From an uncultured Candidatus Binatia bacterium (GTDB lineage: Bacteria > Desulfobacterota > Binatia > Bin18), in NCBI GenBank assembly GCA_965214605.1, contig OZ243961.1, positions 3,712,001 through 3,776,000 on the forward strand: a DNA stretch of 64,000 nt, given 5' to 3'. Under the pieces are notes generated by a model. It worked only from the letters and a program-made list of their open reading frames with translations. It was not told where the DNA came from and did not search any database. Position 1 is the first letter of the stretch, and every line of letters begins with the position of its first letter. Below are positions 9,561-18,802 of the stretch, piece after piece. A program made the position numbers and the translations under genes.

Positions 9561-10448
9561 CTAAATCAGCTTGACGTCCCGAGCGAAGCGCTCCATCATC
9601 CCGGCCATCTCTTCATAGCTACGGGCAAAATTGAAGAAAGCCAAGTACAGATAGTTCGCTCCTAACTCCTGGTAACGAGGAATGTCGTCCACAATTTCTT
9701 CGGGCCGTTTACCACGGGGCGATACGCACAGGGTAATCGTCGATATATCCCGCCCGGCCTTGGCCGCTCGGTCTCGGAGTTTGTCCACCCGTTGGCCGAA
9801 CTCTTCAGGACTGAACACCACGGCGGCCCAGCCATCGCCGTACTCAACAATCCGGCGGAGGGCCGGACCGGTATGCCCGCCTAGCCAAATCGGTGGATGG
9901 GGTTGCTGAACCGGCCGGGGCTCACAGCACAGCTCCGGGAACTGGTGAAAACGCCCTGAGAAGCTTGTGCTGTCTTTGGTCCACAGCTCTTTCATGACCG
10001 CCACGCTCTCGTCACTCAGCGGGCCGCGATCGACAAACGGAGCGTTCAGGGCGCCAAACTCTTCCTCCATCCAGCCCACACCAACCCCTAGGATGACACG
10101 TCCGGCGGACAGCACGTCGAGGGTTGCGACCGTCTTAGCGGTCACCACCGCATTCCGGTGGGGTAGGACTAGGACTGCCGTGCCAAGACGGATTGTGGTG
10201 GTACAGGCCGCGGCAAAGCTTAAGACCGTCAACGGCTCTAGAATAGGCGCGTGTGGGTCAAGCGGAAAAGCGCCGCTAGCGGTGTACGGATATTTTGAGG
10301 CAATATCCAGCGGGGTGACGATATGATCGCCCACCCACACGGAATCGTAGCCGAGGGCTTCGGCCGTCTGGGCGGTGGTCCGGATATTATTGAGCACGTC
10401 GCCTCTGGCTAGCGGACCAATATGGGGTAAAAAGGCACCGTATTGCAT
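9561..10448 (-). CDS. LLM class probable F420-dependent oxidoreductase
   Basis: GYDSVWVGDH, LGTAVLVLPHR, TLDVLSAGRVILGVGVGW, HPPIWLGG; GAGGAG upstream of the ATG at 10448. Confidence 0.9.
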   Translation of the reverse strand: MQYGAFLPHIGPLARGDVLNNIRTTAQTAEALGYDSVWVGDHIVTPLDIASKYPYTASGAFPLDPHAPILEPLTVLSFAAACTTTIRLGTAVLVLPHRNAVVTAKTVATLDVLSAGRVILGVGVGWMEEEFGALNAPFVDRGPLSDESVAVMKELWTKDSTSFSGRFHQFPELCCEPRPVQQPHPPIWLGGHTGPALRRIVEYGDGWAAVVFSPEEFGQRVDKLRDRAAKAGRDISTITLCVSPRGKRPEEIVDDIPRYQELGANYLYLAFFNFARSYEEMAGMMERFARDVKLI

Positions 10449-10482
10449 GTTCCATCTCTCCTCTGAAGCTCGCAATCAGCAC

Positions 10483-10536
10483 AAAAGGTGAACGATGATG
10501 GCCACCTTCCTAAAAAGAGATCATCCTTCACCTTTT
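10483..10536. repeat. 17-bp inverted repeat (16/17 match) with a 20-bp spacer between divergent genes
   Basis: AAAAGGTGAACGATGAT (10483-10499) versus ATCATCCTTCACCTTTT (10520-10536). Confidence 0.75.
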
Positions 10537-10686
10537 CGGTCAAGAGAATGCCAATGGAATCGTCTAGACGAGCCATTATCGGCCTCTAATCTGGCAATCC
10601 AAGCCCGGACGTGCTAACAGCACCTAAACTAGAGCGTGCCGCAAACATACAGGAGTTCTGACGAATCAGCGTTCATGAGGAGAACA

Positions 10687-11340
10687 ATGGAGGGGGTACG
10701 CATACTCTTAGTCCGGCACGGAGAGACCGTGTGGAATCAAGAAAACCGTTGGCAGGGTCAGGCCGATGTCCCGTTGAGTGAAAACGGCCGAGAGCAGTCC
10801 TGGCGGCTGGCCCGGCGGCTGTGGCAGGAAAAGCAGTCGGTCCGGGCGATTTACACCAGCGATCTGATCCGAGCGGTTGATACGGCGAGGATTCTTGGCC
10901 AGACCTTGGGGCTTGAGCCGACCATTGAGACCGGCTGGCGGGAGATGAATATCGGCACCTGGAGTGGGCTGCGGACTAGCGAGGTTATTGCCCGCCATCC
11001 CGAAGAGTGGGAACGGCTGCGGGCGGGCGAAGATCTGCCCCGTGGCGGGGGTGAGACCTTCGCCCATTTTCAGGGCCGACTCGTCGGGGCTGCCCAGGCA
11101 CTAATCAAGAAGCACATCGGGCAGCAGGTGGCGGTGGTGACCCACGGCGGCGCGGTCCGGACGTTCTTATTATACTGTCGCGGTCTAGATATGAGTCAGT
11201 TCCGCAAAATCGACAAAATTGGCAACACAGGCCTCAGCAAGGTGACCCTGGGCGCGGATGGCAGCGCGTTAATCCACTATGTAAACGATACCGACCATCT
11301 GGATAGGGTGGCGCTGTCGGGCGAGACGGTTGACGCCTGA
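10687..11340 (+). CDS. Histidine phosphatase (phosphoglycerate mutase) family protein
   Basis: LVRHGETVWN, YTSDLIRA, GGETF, VVTHGG; GAGGAG RBS before the ATG at 10687. Confidence 0.92.
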   Translation: MEGVRILLVRHGETVWNQENRWQGQADVPLSENGREQSWRLARRLWQEKQSVRAIYTSDLIRAVDTARILGQTLGLEPTIETGWREMNIGTWSGLRTSEVIARHPEEWERLRAGEDLPRGGGETFAHFQGRLVGAAQALIKKHIGQQVAVVTHGGAVRTFLLYCRGLDMSQFRKIDKIGNTGLSKVTLGADGSALIHYVNDTDHLDRVALSGETVDA

Positions 11341-12071
11341 GCCCTTAAAAGGCGCTCTCGTCGCGCCTTGACCGATACGCTAGCAGGAGAGCAAAACAGG
11401 AGAGGTCACCGTCACCATTGGGCTTGAGAACGCCGCAGACCGGGGGGGATGAGCGAGGTGACGACAGGGCGTCGGCCATTCGTCGTTCCGGCAAGATTGT
11501 CGATGTGGTCACGCTGATGTTACCGTAGCATGTGGCTGAGAGGCTTGGGTTGGGAATATGATGACGCACTACGGTTGTCTCCTCAATACAGATGAGCGAA
11601 AGGAGGAACGCCGAGTGGCCGGTCCGCTGACCATCCGTATTGATGACCGTTCCATGAGTCTTGTCGGCCCTCCTTATGGGCGAGCCACTGGATTGTCCTG
11701 GAATCATTGAACTTAAGTGTCGATTATACAAATCCTAGACTGACTCCACACCCGGGGTTGCCGGATTCTCCTCGGTTGAAACTGAAATAACAGGGATGGG
11801 CAAGTGGGAGAGCAGACTGAAGACCGGGGCACTCGTCGCTAGCCCGATCCTCATCGGGCGCGTTCCTGGCGCGCTGCGCGTTGGCCTCCATATTGATGTT
11901 TTGCAGCCAGAGACGATCGGTTGCAGCCTCGGAGCCGCGCAAGGCACGGCTCCGAGCGATTCTTCGAGATTTTCTTCCAGCATGTTCTCAGCGGTCATGA
12001 CGTGATCCGCCCCTTGCAATCCGCTACAAGGCTCCATATAGCTGGCTAGACAGCGAAAATTTTAACGCCGT

Positions 12072-13034
12072 TTGCACCAAGGCCCTGCTCCCTTGTCTGT
12101 CTTCGCTTCCCGTTGGTTTCAGCTCAGTGTGAGTCTCATCCTCTTAGGGGTGCTGTTTGTGTCAGCCGATTGGCGGGCGTTTGTCAGCCAGCTGTGGACC
12201 GCTCAGCCTGGTTATGTGGTGGTGGCCTTTGTCGGCTATGTGCTCGGACAGGTGCTGAGCGCCTATAAGTGGGGCCTGCTGGCCCGGGTCGTGGGCTTTG
12301 ATCAGTCGCTGCGATCCTTTGTCAGCTATTACTTTGGCGGCATGTACCTCAATCTGTTTTCACCCAGTACGATCGCCGGGGATGTGGGCCGCGGTGTTTT
12401 GCTGGCTGGCGGGCGTGAGGGGGTCGGCCGCGCCCTGCAGTCGGTGTTGGCCGACCGGGCAAGTGGTACGGTCATGCTCATATGGGTAAGTGCCCTCAGC
12501 TTTGTTGTCCTGGGGCCAACTGTCCTGCCGGCCGTGGTGTGTTACGGAACAATTGCGGCGGCGGTTGGAGCCGTGCTGGTCTGGTGGCTGCTGCCGCGCT
12601 TGATGGCGCTGCTGTTCGTGCCTGGCCACGTCATCCGTCGGAGTAGCGAAAAGCTGCTTGCTCCGTATCATACCCGGCCGAGGCTTATGCTTGGGGTGTG
12701 TAGCTTGGCCTTTGGCTTCCACGTCTTTCAGATTGGCCTGCTGCCCCTGCTGGCCCACGCGCTCAATGTTAGCGTCCCTTTTTGGTACCTCATGGTGTGT
12801 ATTCCGTTGGTCACGTTGGTGAGCAGTTTGCCGTTGAGTTTCGGCGGGCTGGGAATTCGCGAGGGGAGCTATGTGCTCTTTCTGTCGCTCGTCGGGGTTA
12901 GCCAGAACGAAGCCTTGGCCATCAGTTTGGTGTGGACGGCGCTCGTTTTTGGTGCCGGTCTCGTCGGCGGGCTGGTGCTGTTCATGTCACCGGATACGCG
13001 AACGAGGTTTCGCCAGCTGGGCGGCCTGACCTAG
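12072..13034 (+). CDS. Lysylphosphatidylglycerol synthase TM / flippase-like membrane protein (UPF0104)
   Basis: Multi-TM; NLFSPSTIAGDVGR, SVLADR, PLSFGGLGIREG motifs; start uncertain. Confidence 0.85.
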   Translation: MHQGPAPLSVFASRWFQLSVSLILLGVLFVSADWRAFVSQLWTAQPGYVVVAFVGYVLGQVLSAYKWGLLARVVGFDQSLRSFVSYYFGGMYLNLFSPSTIAGDVGRGVLLAGGREGVGRALQSVLADRASGTVMLIWVSALSFVVLGPTVLPAVVCYGTIAAAVGAVLVWWLLPRLMALLFVPGHVIRRSSEKLLAPYHTRPRLMLGVCSLAFGFHVFQIGLLPLLAHALNVSVPFWYLMVCIPLVTLVSSLPLSFGGLGIREGSYVLFLSLVGVSQNEALAISLVWTALVFGAGLVGGLVLFMSPDTRTRFRQLGGLT

Positions 13035-14323
13035 AAAAATGATGGCCGGATAAGAATCGTCTCTTCCCGACCAGCGCCGACCGAAATCATTTTGATCGGT
13101 ATCCCCAGCAGGCTCTCAATCCGCTCAACATAGCGCCGGGCATTGGTTGGCAGAGCGTCAAGGCTGCGGATGTTGGTCAGCGGTTCGGTCCAGCCGGGCA
13201 GTTCTTCATAGACCGGGGTGAGCTGTTCGAGAACGTGAGCACTGGCCGGAACCTCGTCATAGATCTGCCCGTTGTAGCGATAGCCGGTACACACCCGGAG
13301 GGTGTCCAGGCCGCTTAAGACATCGACCTTGGTCAGTGCCAGACTCTCAACCCCGTTCAGGCGGGCCGCCGTCCGGACAAGCACGGTGTCCAGCCAGCCA
13401 CACCGACGCGGCCGGCCGGTGACTGTCCCAAATTCGCCCCCGGCCTGACGTAACCGGTCCCCTTCGGCGTCAAACAGTTCGGTCGGGAAGGGGCCTCCAC
13501 CAACCCGGGTGGCGTAGGCTTTGGAGATGCCGATCACACTGTGGATCTGCTGGGGAGCAATACCAGCTCCGGCGCACACGGCTCCGGAAACAGTATTCGA
13601 AGACGTCACGTATGGGTAGGTGCCGTGGTCAACATCGAGCTGGGTGCCCTGAGCGCCTTCAAACAAGACCTTCTTGCCGCTGCTGATCGCGTTGTGCAGA
13701 TAACGGGAAGTGTTGGTCACACACGGGGCTAGCCGCTCGCGGAGTTGACAGTAGGTATCGAACATGGCCCTGAAATCAAGCCCCGGCTCACCCAGGATGG
13801 TTTGCAGATAGCTGTTTTTGTCCTCCACATTGCGGACTAGTTTGGCCTCAAACGTCGCTTCATCCAGCAGGTCAACAAAGCGGATGCCAACCCGGGCCAT
13901 CTTATCCTCATAGCTGGGACCGACGCCCCGTCCGGTCGTGCCAATTTTGGCCTTACCGCGTAGCTTTTCGCGGGCGAGGTCAATCGCTTTATGGTAGGGC
14001 ATAATGAGATGTGCGGTTTCGCTGATCTTGAGCAGGCCGAGATTAATCAGACAGCCCTGCTGCCGTAGGGCGTCAATTTCTGCCACCAGCGTTTCGGGAT
14101 CGATGACCATGCCGTTGCCAATCACACACACTTTGCCAGCGTGCAGGACGCCCGACGGAATGAGCCGCACGATCGTCTTTTTCCCGCCAACGACCAGGGT
14201 ATGACCAGCATTGCTGCCTCCTTGGAATCGGACTATGACATCGGCCTCGCGTGCCAGTAGATCGACAACCTTGCCCTTGCCTTCGTCTCCCCACTGTACA
14301 CCAACGACAACCAGAGTGCTCAT
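13031..14323 (-). CDS. purA: Adenylosuccinate synthetase
   Basis: QWGDEGKGK, GGSNAGHT, IGTTGRGVGP, EGAQG, TVTGRPRRCGW. Confidence 0.98.
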   Translation of the reverse strand: MSTLVVVGVQWGDEGKGKVVDLLAREADVIVRFQGGSNAGHTLVVGGKKTIVRLIPSGVLHAGKVCVIGNGMVIDPETLVAEIDALRQQGCLINLGLLKISETAHLIMPYHKAIDLAREKLRGKAKIGTTGRGVGPSYEDKMARVGIRFVDLLDEATFEAKLVRNVEDKNSYLQTILGEPGLDFRAMFDTYCQLRERLAPCVTNTSRYLHNAISSGKKVLFEGAQGTQLDVDHGTYPYVTSSNTVSGAVCAGAGIAPQQIHSVIGISKAYATRVGGGPFPTELFDAEGDRLRQAGGEFGTVTGRPRRCGWLDTVLVRTAARLNGVESLALTKVDVLSGLDTLRVCTGYRYNGQIYDEVPASAHVLEQLTPVYEELPGWTEPLTNIRSLDALPTNARRYVERIESLLGIPIKMISVGAGREETILIRPSFF

Positions 14324-14333
14324 TTGTTGCTCC

Positions 14334-15926
14334 TTATAATAGGTGGATCTGCTGCGCCGAAGTCACCGACTCCAGATTGCGCAGTTCGTCCAGGACCTCG
14401 GCCGAAACATGGGCATCGACATGGACCAGGGCCAAGGCTTGGCCACCGACCCGTTCGCGTCCGAGTTCGAGCCCGGCGATATTGATCCCGCGCTGTCCGA
14501 GGACCGTTCCAACGCTGCCGACCACGCCCGGCACATCGTGGTTGTGCAGGACAATAATATGCCCTTCAGGAACGGCTTCAAGATAGGACGTATTGACCCG
14601 CACGAGCCGGACCACGTTGTTGGTGAAGACCGCCCCCTCGACCGTGTTGGTGCCGCCCGTGCTTATAACGCTGACGGTGATTGAGTTTAAAAAATCGCTA
14701 GGCCGACTGCTGCGCGACTCCACCACCCGCACGCCCCGCTCACGGGCGATATGCGGGGCGTTCACATAGTTAATGTTTGATTCCAGAATCGAGTTCAGTA
14801 GCCCGCGTAGGACCGCAGCGGTAGCCGGGGCAACATCATAGTCGGTAATATCACCCGTGTACTCGATATGGACTTCCAGCGGCGCTTCGCCGGTCAACTG
14901 AGCTAAAAAGCTGCCCAGTTTTTCGCCCAGCTGCAGGTAGGGCTGCAGAAAGGTGATCAGTTTCGGGGTCAGCGAGGGAAAGTTGACCGCGTGCTGAATC
15001 ACACCCCGGATCAAATAGTTCGCGACTTGGTCAGCAATCGCCACCGCGACATTGATCTGGGCTTCGTCGGTTGCCGCGCCCAGATGCGGAGTGCAGATGA
15101 CGTTGTCGAGCTGGAGCAGGGGGTGGGAGGCTGGCGGCGGTTCTTCGACAAAGACATCAAGGGCGGCGCCAGCAACGCGGCCGTTTTGGAGGGCGAGGAG
15201 CAGAGCCTGTTCGTCAATAATTCCGCCCCGCGCACAGTTGATAATCCGCACCCCGGCTTTCATCTGGCTAAAGGCGGTCTGGTTGAGCAGCCCCCGGGTG
15301 TCTTCGGTCAGCGGGGTATGGATGGTAATAAAGTCGGCCTGACCATACAGGTCGCCTAGACTGACCAGCTCAATCTGTAGCTTGGCCGCAGTCTCCGGGG
15401 TGACAAAAGGGTCGTAGGCAATAATCCGCATTCTCAGCCCTAGCGCCCGTTCGGCCACAATCGCTCCGATATTGCCGAGGCCGATGATGCCTAGGACCTT
15501 ATTACACACCTCGCTCCCGGTGAATTTGCCCCGCTCCCAGCGTCCGGCTCGAATTGAGGCGTTGGCCTGGGGGATATTCCGGGCTAGAGCCAACATCATT
15601 GAGACCGCGTGCTCAGCGGTGGTGACATTATTCCCGCCCGGCGTATTCATGACCACAATCCCTTGCTTGGTCGCCGCTTCGACCGCGATATTGTCGACCC
15701 CGATTCCCGCCCGCCCGATAACCTGGAGATGAGTTGCAGCGGTAATAACCTGGGGAGTGACTTTTGTGCGGCTGCGAATAATTAAGGCCTGGTAAGCCGG
15801 AATGTGTCGGATGAGCTCGGCTGTGGACAGCTCGGGCCGCACGTCGACTTCGAGGCTAGAGTAGGACTGCAGACGCTCCAGACCTTGCGGAGCCAGGGAA
15901 TCGCTGATAAGGACCTTAGAACTCAT
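14334..15926 (-). CDS. serA: D-3-phosphoglycerate dehydrogenase (long form with ASB and ACT domains)
   Basis: GRAGIGVDN, GLGNIG, NCARGG, TPHLGA; C-terminal ACT domain (DVPGVVG). Confidence 0.96.
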   Translation of the reverse strand: MSSKVLISDSLAPQGLERLQSYSSLEVDVRPELSTAELIRHIPAYQALIIRSRTKVTPQVITAATHLQVIGRAGIGVDNIAVEAATKQGIVVMNTPGGNNVTTAEHAVSMMLALARNIPQANASIRAGRWERGKFTGSEVCNKVLGIIGLGNIGAIVAERALGLRMRIIAYDPFVTPETAAKLQIELVSLGDLYGQADFITIHTPLTEDTRGLLNQTAFSQMKAGVRIINCARGGIIDEQALLLALQNGRVAGAALDVFVEEPPPASHPLLQLDNVICTPHLGAATDEAQINVAVAIADQVANYLIRGVIQHAVNFPSLTPKLITFLQPYLQLGEKLGSFLAQLTGEAPLEVHIEYTGDITDYDVAPATAAVLRGLLNSILESNINYVNAPHIARERGVRVVESRSSRPSDFLNSITVSVISTGGTNTVEGAVFTNNVVRLVRVNTSYLEAVPEGHIIVLHNHDVPGVVGSVGTVLGQRGINIAGLELGRERVGGQALALVHVDAHVSAEVLDELRNLESVTSAQQIHLL

Positions 15927-15974
15927 AGGGGTGCTCTGTTTCGACCGTGTGTCGGACGTGTCTCGTCTTTAGCC

Positions 15975-17135
15975 TTAGGCACGGTTCAGCTCGGGCCACC
16001 CTGTCATCAGGATTTCTTGGGCTGCCCGAACGCCGCGGCCGAGCTCGATATTGCAGCCAAACAAGCCTAAGGCCATCTCCAGAGCGCTGATGGCGGTAAT
16101 GACGTCGAAGGGGTCAGCATAGCCGAGATGAGAGATCCGAACAATTTTTCCGCTCAGCTGATCCTGGCCGCCTGCAATATCAACCCCCATGCGATCGCGC
16201 ATGGCGTTCAGCAGCCGCTCACCGCTCACCTCAGGAGGCAGCCACACCCCGGTCGCCGCCGGACTAGGGTGTTCGGGGGCGAGTAAACGTAGCCCCAGAG
16301 CCTGGGCCGCGGTCCGGGTTGCCTGTGCCAAACGCGCGTGCCGGGCGTACAACTGGGCTAAGCCTTCATCCTGTAACAGACGCAGGACCTCGTGCAGACC
16401 AACAACTAGCGAGACGGCCGGGGTGTAAGCGGTCGTGTGGCGATGTTGGGCTTGGCGCTCACGTTGCAGATCAAAATAGAAACGTGGCAGGCTCGCTGCC
16501 GCGGTCCGCTGCCAAGCCTTGGTGCTGAGGGCTACAAAGGCGAGGCCTGGTGGCAGCATCAGGGCTTTTTGCGAACCAGTGATCAGAATATCAATCCCCC
16601 AGCTGTCCATCGGCATTGCGGTCGCGCCCAGCGCGGTAATAGCGTCAACGATTAGGAGACGGTCGGTGTGGCGGGTCAGACGTGCTAGGTCCTGGACGGG
16701 ATGCAGAACGGTGGTTGAGGTCTCGCTGGCCTGGACTAGGACGGCCCGCACCTCGGGATGTTGATCAAGCGACCGGGACACCGCCTCAACGGTTACCGCC
16801 CGGCCCCATTCGACCTGAATTTCAATGGCCTGAAGCCCGGCCGCCTGACAAATTTTGAGCCACCGCTGGCCGAATTTGCCGCCGTTGATAACCAATACGC
16901 TGTCCCCAGCCGAACAGGTGTTAAAGACCGCTGCTTCCATCGCTCCAGTGCCTGAGGCGGACAGGAGGAGTACATCTTGGTCGGTTTGAAACAGCCAGCG
17001 TAACCCGGTTTGGACCTGGGCAAACAACTGACTGAATTCCGGGCTGCGATGATGAAGTATCGGCTGCGACATGCGCAGCAGGACTTCGGGCGGAACCTGG
17101 GTCGGCCCCGGGGTTAATAAATACCGTTTTTGCAT
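15975..17135 (-). CDS. Class V PLP aminotransferase (alanine-glyoxylate/serine-pyruvate family; probable phosphoserine aminotransferase role)
   Basis: LLTPGPT, SGTGAME, SETST, VDAIT, TGSQKALMLPPG; directly upstream of serA. Confidence 0.9.
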   Translation of the reverse strand: MQKRYLLTPGPTQVPPEVLLRMSQPILHHRSPEFSQLFAQVQTGLRWLFQTDQDVLLLSASGTGAMEAAVFNTCSAGDSVLVINGGKFGQRWLKICQAAGLQAIEIQVEWGRAVTVEAVSRSLDQHPEVRAVLVQASETSTTVLHPVQDLARLTRHTDRLLIVDAITALGATAMPMDSWGIDILITGSQKALMLPPGLAFVALSTKAWQRTAAASLPRFYFDLQRERQAQHRHTTAYTPAVSLVVGLHEVLRLLQDEGLAQLYARHARLAQATRTAAQALGLRLLAPEHPSPAATGVWLPPEVSGERLLNAMRDRMGVDIAGGQDQLSGKIVRISHLGYADPFDVITAISALEMALGLFGCNIELGRGVRAAQEILMTGWPELNRA

Positions 17136-17151
17136 ACGGCGCTCCAAAACC

Positions 17152-17188
17152 AAAAAAACGCCCGGACGGCGGGGGGCACGGTCCAGGC
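17152..17188 (-). terminator. Terminator-like hairpin plus T7 tract in the 5' leader of the aminotransferase-serA-purA operon
   Basis: Minus strand GCCTGGAC-N13-GTCCGGGC-G-TTTTTTT ends about 17 nt before the ATG at 17135. Confidence 0.55.
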
Positions 17189-17304
17189 AAAAGCTTTGTC
17201 TCGTGAAGAATTTTGCTATTCAAACAAAGATGTATCGGAGCCGCAGGCCTGAGTCAATGCTGGTCGCATAGCGGCAAACTGCCTGAGTTTCCTAGGATTT
17301 TTTC

Positions 17305-17333
17305 TTGACAGGCCAAATCCCGACGATTATAGT
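17305..17333 (+). promoter_or_regulatory. Sigma70-type promoter for the dcw cluster
   Basis: TTGACA-17 nt-TATAGT upstream of rsmH. Confidence 0.75.
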
Positions 17334-17484
17334 CGTGTGGACCGTTGGCAGGACTGGGAGGTTGAGGAGCGGCAGGTGTCTGACGGGTGCTACGAGTTCT
17401 TGACGAAACAACGTTTCGGTTCAGCCTTTCTCGCCCTCGCACCCCTGACAGAACTATATTCGCCCGTGTCCCTATACAGGCCTA

Positions 17485-18462
17485 ATGGAAGCGGTATTGA
17501 CGAGCCAGCCTTGTGCCCCTGTTGCAGGCCATCTGCCAGTGATGCTTGAGGAGATGCTCGCTCAGCTTCAGCTGCGGCCCAACGCCGACGTGCTGGACGG
17601 TACCCTGGGCGGCGGTGGGCACGCCGCCGCCGTGTTGGCCGCAACTGGACCGAACGGCAGGCTGCTAGGGCTCGACCGGGACGGTGATGCGTTGGCGGTG
17701 GCCCAGCGGCGTCTCGTCGAGTGGAGCACCCGTATTACTCTAGTCCAGGAGAATTTTAGCCAAGCGCTGGCGACCCTGGCTCGACTGGGCTGGTCGGGCG
17801 TTGACGCTGTAGTGCTCGATTTAGGCTTTTCCTCGTTACAAATTAACAATGCCAGGCGAGGCTTTAGCTTTCGGCGCACCGGCCCGCTCGATATGCGTAT
17901 GGACCAGACCGAACCGGGTTGTGCGGCCGATGTGGTGAATCATGCTAGCCGGGACGAGCTGCGTAAGATCTTTCGCCAGTGGGGAGAGGAACCGGCCGCT
18001 GGTAGGGTGGCCCGGGCGGTGATTGAGGCGCGCAAAAAGGCCCTGTTTACCACCACTACCGCCCTGGCTCGGACAATTGAGCAGGTCATCAAACGGCCGT
18101 CCCGCTCAACTCGCTCATCCATCCATCCGGCCACTCGGGTGTTTCAAGCCCTGCGGATTGCGGTGAACCAGGAGCTCTGCCACCTGTCCACATTTTTGGT
18201 CGACGGCTATCGCCTGCTCAAGCCGGGGGGCAAGCTGGTCATCCTGGCCTACCATTCTTTGGAAGACCGTTTGGTCAAGACCGCCTTTCGGCGTTGGGCC
18301 GCCTCGTGCGTGTGTCCGCCCCAATTCAAGCTGTGCGCCTGTGGCTGGTCTCCGAAGGTGAGAATCCTGACGCCAAAACCGTTGACCCCATCCCGGCAGG
18401 AAGTGGCCGACAACCCCCGTGCTCGGAGTGCGCGGCTGCGTGCGGTGGAACGATATGGCTAG
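17485..18462 (+). CDS. rsmH: 16S rRNA m4C1402 methyltransferase RsmH (MraW)
   Basis: HLPVM, DGTLGGGGH, DLGFSS, PLDMRMD, ATRVFQALRIAVN, YHSLEDR, NPRARSARLR. Confidence 0.97.
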   Translation: MEAVLTSQPCAPVAGHLPVMLEEMLAQLQLRPNADVLDGTLGGGGHAAAVLAATGPNGRLLGLDRDGDALAVAQRRLVEWSTRITLVQENFSQALATLARLGWSGVDAVVLDLGFSSLQINNARRGFSFRRTGPLDMRMDQTEPGCAADVVNHASRDELRKIFRQWGEEPAAGRVARAVIEARKKALFTTTTALARTIEQVIKRPSRSTRSSIHPATRVFQALRIAVNQELCHLSTFLVDGYRLLKPGGKLVILAYHSLEDRLVKTAFRRWAASCVCPPQFKLCACGWSPKVRILTPKPLTPSRQEVADNPRARSARLRAVERYG

Positions 18463-18492
18463 AGGAATGGCGGAGAAGAGAGGAAGGACAGT

Positions 18493-18792
18493 ATGCCGCG
18501 TTCGAGTCCTGCGCGTCAGTGGCTGGGCTATGGTTTTGTCGCCCTGCTCGGCCTAGGCCTGGCCTGTGCCCAGATTTGGACCCGCCTGCAAGTCGTGGCG
18601 ACCGGCTACGCGCTGTCCAACACGCGACACCTGCTGCAAACGCTTGAGGCCGAGCAGCGCGGTCTTGAAGCCGAGTGGAGTAGGCTGACGGCATCGCGCC
18701 GGCTTGCCCGGCTTGCGCGCCAACGTTTGGGATTCACCGTACCCCAAGCCGGCCAAGTCAAGCGGATCAAGACTGTCCGGCAAGGACGATGA
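18493..18792 (+). CDS. ftsL: Cell division protein FtsL
   Basis: 99 aa; single TM, leucine-zipper region and ARQRLGF tail; lies between rsmH and ftsI. Confidence 0.8.
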   Translation: MPRSSPARQWLGYGFVALLGLGLACAQIWTRLQVVATGYALSNTRHLLQTLEAEQRGLEAEWSRLTASRRLARLARQRLGFTVPQAGQVKRIKTVRQGR

Positions 18793-18802
18793 GGAGGGGG
18801 AG

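Noticed and set aside
10687-11340. Histidine phosphatase as PspA-type phosphoserine phosphatase completing the serA pathway
   Set aside because: Not in the serA operon, and it has EMNIG where PspA has a characteristic His; possible but unsupported.
11345-11530. tmRNA tag-like peptide (...FALLLA)
   Set aside because: No tRNA-like ends or T-arm/CCA; the frame continues past the alanine.
17337-17549. Small ORF as an mraZ remnant
   Set aside because: No DxKGR-type motif in the frames read, it overlaps rsmH, and it has no RBS.
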